NCBI GenBank assembly: GCA_963704655.1 | Contig: OY969927.1 | Coordinates: 1 to 64,000, forward strand | DNA: 64,000 nt | Reading direction: 5' to 3' | Origin: an uncultured Candidatus Babeliaceae bacterium | GTDB lineage: Bacteria; Babelota; Babeliae; Babelales; Babelaceae | In this document: positions 58,382 to 64,000 of the stretch, piece by piece | How positions within the stretch are numbered: the first letter of the stretch is position 1 | How the letters are laid out: every line of letters begins with the position of its first letter | The notes under the pieces: generated by a model | The model's input: the letters and a program-made list of their open reading frames with translations, nothing else | Told to the model about the DNA's origin: nothing | Databases searched by the model: none | Program-made: the position numbers and the translations under genes

Positions 58382-59014
58382 ATGCCAAAAAGAGCCTATA
58401 ATTCAGAGAAGCGACAGGCGCGAGCTCAAAAAGGAAAAGAGAGAATTTTAGCTTCAGCAAAGGAACTTTTTGAATCTAAAGGATTTGAGAATGTAACCAT
58501 CGAGGAAATAGCGATGAGGGCAGAAGTATCTGCACCTACCGTTTACTCTATTTTTCAATCAAAAAGCGGCGTTTTAAGGGCTTTAATCGACGTTGCGATT
58601 CCTCCTGAGCAACATGAATCGATCGTTCAAAAAATTGAAATGGAAAAATCTGTATCTAAGCGTCTTGAGCTAACTGCTATGCTTTCGCGTCAAATTTATG
58701 ATGCCGAGAAGGCGCAATTTGGATTATTTCGTGATGCATCAATTTTAAATCCAGAATTCAAGAAGCAAGAAATTGAACGAGAAAGAAGACGCTATAAACG
58801 GCAGGAAGGGTCTTTCAAAAGATTAGCTAAAAAACAAGCACCATCAGAAGGTCTAGATGCACCAAAGGCGAGAGATATTCTATGGGCATTGACAGGTAGA
58901 GATATTTACAGAATGCTCGTAATTGAGCGAGGTTGGTCCTCTGATGAGTATGAAAAATGGCTGGGACATGTACTAGTACAGATTTTACTTAAGTCGAAAA
59001 ATACTGAACATTAG
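58382..59014 (+). CDS. TetR/AcrR family transcriptional regulator
   Basis: ILASAKELF..KGF..VTIEEIA.RAEVS.PTVY..F.SK HTH. Confidence 0.93.
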   Translation: MPKRAYNSEKRQARAQKGKERILASAKELFESKGFENVTIEEIAMRAEVSAPTVYSIFQSKSGVLRALIDVAIPPEQHESIVQKIEMEKSVSKRLELTAMLSRQIYDAEKAQFGLFRDASILNPEFKKQEIERERRRYKRQEGSFKRLAKKQAPSEGLDAPKARDILWALTGRDIYRMLVIERGWSSDEYEKWLGHVLVQILLKSKNTEH

Positions 59015-59040
59015 GGAAAATTAAATAGTTGAGGTAAATT

Positions 59041-59475
59041 ATGAACTATGAAGAAATATCAAAAGATGTAGTGTCAAGCTTGTACAAAAGCTATGATGAC
59101 TTAAAAGCATCCCCATTAGATCAAAGCTTACGCATTCTAATTGAATTACGCGTATCACAATTAAATGGGTGTACCTATTGTTGCACGCTACATACCCAAG
59201 AGGCTGAAAAATCTGGCATAGAATTCTCAAAAATAAAAAATTTACCACAATGGAAAACATCGGATCTTTTTTCAGCAGCAGAAAAAGCTGCATTGGCGTG
59301 GAGCGAATCATTAACAAAACTCGACAAATGCCATGCTCCTATAAAAGAAGAGCTACACTTATATTTTAGCGAACGTGAAATAGTTGATATGACATTAAGT
59401 ATTTCAATTATGAACGCATTCAATAGAATGGAGATTAGTCTAAAAAATAGTAAACCCTGCACAATTAATTCTTAA
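59041..59475 (+). CDS. Carboxymuconolactone decarboxylase/AhpD family protein
   Basis: LRVSQLNGCTYC..H and NAFNR motifs. Confidence 0.92.
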   Translation: MNYEEISKDVVSSLYKSYDDLKASPLDQSLRILIELRVSQLNGCTYCCTLHTQEAEKSGIEFSKIKNLPQWKTSDLFSAAEKAALAWSESLTKLDKCHAPIKEELHLYFSEREIVDMTLSISIMNAFNRMEISLKNSKPCTINS

Positions 59476-59571
59476 CCGCGCTTATCCGGGCAGGGTCTGC
59501 TTGCATTATCAAAATATTTTTTCTATAGTATCCACGTTTTAACTTAAATATTTTTACAGATAAGGGTTCTT

Positions 59572-59937
59572 ATGAACAAAAAAGTGTTGGTTGTACTCCT
59601 GTTGCTTGGTAACTTTTCTCTTATTAAGGCCATGGGAAATGAAAGTACATCAAATGGACAAGCGGGATTAGGATTGCCGCGTGTTATTAATGAGCAGCCT
59701 GTTAATGATAAAAATATAGTGAGGTACGTCTTTGATGAAGCTAGCAATATGTTAGATTGTAATGTTTTTACTGCTTTATTCACTGGTGGATCTTCTGTTT
59801 TGGCTGCCAGATATATTGTGAATGAGGATCCTACTGATACGTGTGCTTTGGCCACAATAGGGTGTTCAGTTCCTGTGCTTGTATGGTCGATGCGTAATAT
59901 CTATAATATCCTTAATGATAAAGATAAGCGGGATTAG
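59572..59937 (+). CDS. Signal peptide plus hydrophobic hairpin protein, ends KDKRD
   Basis: IKA-MG leader and two hydrophobic segments. Confidence 0.75.
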   Translation: MNKKVLVVLLLLGNFSLIKAMGNESTSNGQAGLGLPRVINEQPVNDKNIVRYVFDEASNMLDCNVFTALFTGGSSVLAARYIVNEDPTDTCALATIGCSVPVLVWSMRNIYNILNDKDKRD

Positions 59938-59958
59938 TTTTTAGATTTGTTAAAATTG

Positions 59959-60004
59959 GAGCAGATTTTTGTGATAAATTATTTGTTATCAATAATCTGC
60001 TCTA
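59959..60004. terminator. Long imperfect hairpin
   Basis: GAGCAGATT...TGATAA/TTATCA...AATCTGCTC. Confidence 0.5.
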
Positions 60005-60126
60005 AAATAGTTATTTAGCGGTCAAGATAGAATATTTCTTCTGCTTCTTTTTTCTCTTGAAACTCAGAAAATAATTTTTTATAGTAACAAAGATTAATTT
60101 TTTGATCTTAACAAAGTGTCTTTTTT

Positions 60127-60462
60127 ATGAAAAAAATTACTATTATTTTTTACTTAATGGCTTTTAGCTCATGTTATGCAAATGACAAAGACGAACTTAT
60201 TTCTTCTACGAGTAATGAAGAGCGTCGTCAATTATTCGTGGAACAATGTTTAAGAGCTCGTGATTGTTGCGTAGGTTGCATGAGCACGCTTGGGAGTTAT
60301 TGGGCTGCAAACTCTGCGAATTCTGCCGCGCAGAATGATCGGTCAATGTTTGCGGCGGGCTCTGTTGTTTTTGCAGTTATTTCTGGCGTGATGATAAATA
60401 GAATTAATAGCAGAAATGAAGCAATTGCACGTCTAAAGGGAAAGAAAGAAAAGACTGAGTAA
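60127..60462 (+). CDS. Signal peptide plus Cys-containing hairpin protein, ends KKEKTE
   Basis: Signal peptide; DCCVGC; hydrophobic segments. Confidence 0.75.
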   Translation: MKKITIIFYLMAFSSCYANDKDELISSTSNEERRQLFVEQCLRARDCCVGCMSTLGSYWAANSANSAAQNDRSMFAAGSVVFAVISGVMINRINSRNEAIARLKGKKEKTE

Positions 60463-61167
60463 TTAGTTTTTTTGGACATGCGCTTGATGGAATTGTGCTA
60501 CTTTCTCATCAAGATAGCCGTATCTTAAGCCGATAAACTTGATTCCGAACTTTTTACATTCACGTTCAACTGATTCTAAATATGATTTTTTATCATCGAT
60601 CATGATGATAACAGAAGGTTTTATAGCATAAGCTTCAAGCACCGTAAACAGAGTGATGCCACTTTTTTTACCTTGGCAAAAGATAATGTCATGATACACC
60701 AAGACAGGATTATCGTTAATCATAAAGCCTTTATCAGGAAGCTGGCAGGGAAATACGATATTGTTATGCGCGAGTCGCTCTACCGTGCAGGGCGCCAATA
60801 CCAGTGAACGCATGGTAAAACCTAAAACTATCGTTTGTTGCTGAAGAAGCGTCATAGTTTCAGCAATTGTGTGCTCGACTGCCTGCATATGGATATTAAG
60901 CACCGTGCTACAGAAAAGGTTTAATGCCTGTTCAAGATTCTGGCGCGTTTGCAAAATGTGGGTAAACCATTGGTCACTGCCGATATGGTTATGATCCGGG
61001 TGGGGTTCAAGTAAGGTATTATCGATATCAACAAGAACCAGAGCGTTTGGTTTTATATAGTCCAGAATTTCATGAAAATGTTTAATTTCTATAATTTCAG
61101 CTAGAATATATTGATTGAGTAAAAAAAAGAGAAAAAAAAGAGTTTTTTTGGATATGGATATATTCAT
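60463..61167 (-). CDS. Exported HAD-like protein (DUF2608-like)
   Basis: Signal peptide; LVDIDNTL, SDQWF and IDDK motifs. Confidence 0.8.
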   Translation of the reverse strand: MNISISKKTLFFLFFLLNQYILAEIIEIKHFHEILDYIKPNALVLVDIDNTLLEPHPDHNHIGSDQWFTHILQTRQNLEQALNLFCSTVLNIHMQAVEHTIAETMTLLQQQTIVLGFTMRSLVLAPCTVERLAHNNIVFPCQLPDKGFMINDNPVLVYHDIIFCQGKKSGITLFTVLEAYAIKPSVIIMIDDKKSYLESVERECKKFGIKFIGLRYGYLDEKVAQFHQAHVQKN

Positions 61168-61222
61168 GGTAAACTTTATAATAAGTAAGTTTTAGTATTT
61201 TTCAAAGCGGTGGTATATTAGC

Positions 61223-62752
61223 ATGAATTCATCACGTAAACAAGAAAAAATAGTAGATAATATAACAACTACAGAGCATGAAACTGCTCATTCTGAGTCT
61301 CCACATTCTGAGTTTGAGAATCGTGTGCATAAAGCGCGTGAGCTTGAAGCTTTAGGTAGTAAGCCGTGGGCTGAAATGCGCGAGGTGCCAAATACCTGCA
61401 AGCAGGTTATCGAAGAGTTTGTTGAAGGAGTCGAAAAACCTTACGCAATCTCTGGGCGCATTTTAACCAAACGTATGCAGGGTAAAGCAGGTTTTGTAAC
61501 GGTTCAGGACCGTACCGGTCGTTTGCAACTCTATATACGTGAAGACGTTATAGGCGCTGAATCGTTTAAAAGATTTATAGATTTTATCGATATGGGCGAT
61601 ATTATCTGGGCTACTGGCCATTCGTTTAAAACTAAAACGGGTGAAATTTCATTGCGCATTTCAGACTGGCAACTGCTTACCAAATGTTTGCATCCGCTTC
61701 CAGAAAAGTTCCATGGCATTCATGATATAGAAACTAAATATCGTCAGCGTTATTTAGATCTTATGAGTAGTCCAGAGACGCGTGAACGCTTCATGAAGCG
61801 TACCGTTATTATTAAAGAGATCCGTGGATATTTAGATAGAAATGACTTTCTTGAAGTTGAAACGCCTATGTTGCACCCAATTCCAGGCGGTGCCGCAGCT
61901 CGACCATTTATAACCCATCATAATGCCTTAGACACAGATTTTTATCTACGCATTGCCCCAGAATTATACTTAAAAAGATTAGTTGTTGGCGGCTTTGAGC
62001 GTGTGTATGAAATTAACCGTAACTTTAGAAATGAGGGTGTCTCTACGCGCCATAATCCTGAATTTACGATGGTAGAGTTTTATATGGCGCATGAGGATTA
62101 TCAATTTGCCATGAGCTTTGTTGAAAAATTAATCCGTGAAATGGCACGTAAAGTTTCTGGCGCTGAGCAAGTTCAATTTGGTGAGTATACTCTTGATTTT
62201 TCAAAGCCATTTGACCGCATGAATGCGCAACAGGCAATTCTTAAATACAGTTCTGTTACTCAGCAAGAGCTTGAAGAAAAAAATATCGATGCAACACTTG
62301 CAAAATATAAAGTAAAGCTAGAAAATAAAGTCGCTTCTTATGGGCAAAAGATATTTGCGCTTTTTGAAGAAGTTGCAGAATCGAAACTTATTAACCCGAC
62401 CTATATTATAGATTTTCCTATTGAAACTTCACCGTTAGCTAAACGTGATGCAAAAAATCCTCATATTGCTGCGCGATTTGAACTATTTATTGCGGGCATG
62501 GAGATATCAAATGGCTTTAACGAATTAAATGATCCATTTGATCAATCTGAACGTTTTAAAGAACAGGTTAAAGCGCATGAAGCTGGCGATGCTGAAGCAA
62601 TGCATTATGATGCTGATTACATAACTGCTTTGGAATACGGCCTGCCGCCTACCGTTGGTTGTGGCCTTGGCGTTGACCGTTTGGTTATGCTTTTAACAAA
62701 TACTACTTCTATTAAAGAAGTTATCTTATTCCCAGCGCTTAAAAGAAAGTAA
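61223..62752 (+). CDS. lysS: Lysine--tRNA ligase (class II)
   Basis: YRQRYLDL, GGAAARPF, FRNEG...HNPEFT and G.G.DRL.M motifs. Confidence 0.98.
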   Translation: MNSSRKQEKIVDNITTTEHETAHSESPHSEFENRVHKARELEALGSKPWAEMREVPNTCKQVIEEFVEGVEKPYAISGRILTKRMQGKAGFVTVQDRTGRLQLYIREDVIGAESFKRFIDFIDMGDIIWATGHSFKTKTGEISLRISDWQLLTKCLHPLPEKFHGIHDIETKYRQRYLDLMSSPETRERFMKRTVIIKEIRGYLDRNDFLEVETPMLHPIPGGAAARPFITHHNALDTDFYLRIAPELYLKRLVVGGFERVYEINRNFRNEGVSTRHNPEFTMVEFYMAHEDYQFAMSFVEKLIREMARKVSGAEQVQFGEYTLDFSKPFDRMNAQQAILKYSSVTQQELEEKNIDATLAKYKVKLENKVASYGQKIFALFEEVAESKLINPTYIIDFPIETSPLAKRDAKNPHIAARFELFIAGMEISNGFNELNDPFDQSERFKEQVKAHEAGDAEAMHYDADYITALEYGLPPTVGCGLGVDRLVMLLTNTTSIKEVILFPALKRK

Positions 62753-62811
62753 ATAGGTGATATTTGAATATAAATATCATTTTGATGTTTCGACAAATTC
62801 AGAAGTTAACA

Positions 62812-62846
62812 CTCGCTCATCCTGAGCTTGTCGAAGGGTTAGCGAG
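62812..62846. repeat. Palindromic element
   Basis: CTCGCTCATCCTGAGCTTGTCGAAGGGTTAGCGAG. Confidence 0.9.
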
Positions 62847-62877
62847 ATGATGCGAACACATAAAAGAAAATGAGATT

Positions 62878-63231
62878 ATGAAGAAAATGAAAGAATATTT
62901 AGATCCTGATATCGCTGTTAATGAATTTGAGTTTTTTGCTCGTTGGGTAGAAAAGGATCCAGATAAACTAGCAGATCTTGTAATGCATCTTAACAAAATA
63001 TTAAATGCAAGAGGGTTTACTCCCCAAATGCTTTCTTTGGCCACAGGTTTTGATCAAGAAGCAATAAAAAAAGCTTTATTACCTTCAAATAAAAATCCTG
63101 ATGAAGAAGTTCTCGTAGCAGTTATGAAATCGGCTGGATTTGATTTAAAAAATTGGTCTGATACAAAAAGAAGCTTGGAAAAGATCACAACCAAATATGA
63201 CGAAGTTCTTCGAAAGCTATCTAAAACATAA
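62878..63231 (+). CDS. Xre-type HTH protein resembling addiction-module antidote proteins
   Basis: ARG....LS.ATG.....I.KAL....NP......+V+...G pattern. Confidence 0.55.
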   Translation: MKKMKEYLDPDIAVNEFEFFARWVEKDPDKLADLVMHLNKILNARGFTPQMLSLATGFDQEAIKKALLPSNKNPDEEVLVAVMKSAGFDLKNWSDTKRSLEKITTKYDEVLRKLSKT

Positions 63232-63329
63232 TGGAATGTCGCTATCTAATATTAGATGACTACTTGAGTATTCATCTGAAATTCAGATTCCAGAAATAGT
63301 AGATTATTTTAAAAAACATTCGGTAAAAC

Positions 63330-63863
63330 ATGACTAAACAACTTATTGAGTTATTAGAAAAATATAAAAAAAGTAAGCATATTACAAAAGCCGAACCGCC
63401 TGTAATTGGGCAGTTTGAAAAACTTTTGGCAGAAAAGCCGAATTGTTTTGACCGTGAACCGGGGGGGCATATTACCGGATCTGCATGGATTATTAATCCA
63501 GAAAATAATGCGGCATTACTTACTCATCATAAAAAATTAAACAAATGGCTGCAGCTTGGTGGTCACTGTGACGGCAACCCAGATGTTGCTGCTACGGCAT
63601 TGCGCGAGGCGCAAGAAGAATCTGGCATGCAAAATTTTGAATTTATTATTCCCGGTATCTTTGATATTGATATTCATGCAATCCCCAATGCGTGTGAATA
63701 CCATTATGATGTCCGCTTTTTATTGCGCGCACAGGATGCAAACTTTATAATTAGTGATGAATCGCACGATCTTGCATGGGTACAGTTTGATCGCATGAAT
63801 GAATATGCGCAAGAAGAGTCGGTAATACGGATGAACAAAAAATATTTAAATTTTTTTAATTAA
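63330..63863 (+). CDS. NUDIX hydrolase
   Basis: GHITGSAW and WLQLGGH.DG......ALREAQEESG motifs. Confidence 0.93.
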   Translation: MTKQLIELLEKYKKSKHITKAEPPVIGQFEKLLAEKPNCFDREPGGHITGSAWIINPENNAALLTHHKKLNKWLQLGGHCDGNPDVAATALREAQEESGMQNFEFIIPGIFDIDIHAIPNACEYHYDVRFLLRAQDANFIISDESHDLAWVQFDRMNEYAQEESVIRMNKKYLNFFN

Positions 63864-63877
63864 TAAAGGGCCATTTC

Positions 63878-64000
63878 ATGAACTTAAAATATTTAGCGTT
63901 AGTCTGCCTTTTTGTAACGTTTCAAAAAATTCAATCAAATCCTTCATTATTTGATCGCATACCGGACCGCTATTTACCGGACTATAAACTTGAAGAGTAT
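63878..64000 (+). CDS. Partial secreted protein running off the window end
   Basis: MNLKYLALVCLFVTFQKIQS..., open to the window end; AAAGGG RBS. Confidence 0.6.
   Translation, partial: MNLKYLALVCLFVTFQKIQSNPSLFDRIPDRYLPDYKLEEY

Noticed and set aside
59940-60025. Integron attC site between small genes
   Set aside because: No clear RYYYAAC/GTTRRRY box pair, no second similar site and no integrase

Overview
AT-rich bacterial chromosome segment. Gene content (many short 'MKK...' signal-peptide orphans, WD40/SEL1/ankyrin repeat proteins, a fragmented division cluster, DUF2608) suggests a protist-associated intracellular bacterium, most likely Candidatus Dependentiae (TM6/Babelota); this is an inference, not a database result. 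Housekeeping genes: sulP, mgtE, rluA/D, rlmB, ftsQ-like-ftsA-ftsZ, psd, pgeF, secA, ftsL-like-ftsI, bamA, cysS, trxA, tag, speE, hinT, lysS and five tRNAs. Between them lies a large candidate secretome. It includes (i) four tandem secreted 7-blade WD40 genes that swap near-identical DNA repeat modules, (ii) two secreted proteins sharing a U-box/NleG-like N-domain followed by SEL1-like repeats, (iii) a secreted polyproline protein with WH2-like motifs, and (iv) Cys-rich hairpin membrane proteins, several ending in dilysine-like tails. A family of short palindromic REP/RPE-like elements is scattered across the window. Copies nest inside one another, sit in-frame inside cysS and the ftsQ-like gene, and supply the stop codon of the ftsL-like gene; a related hairpin class follows four tRNA CCA ends. 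No transposase, integrase, reverse transcriptase or CRISPR array was seen. All family calls come from motif recognition by eye.
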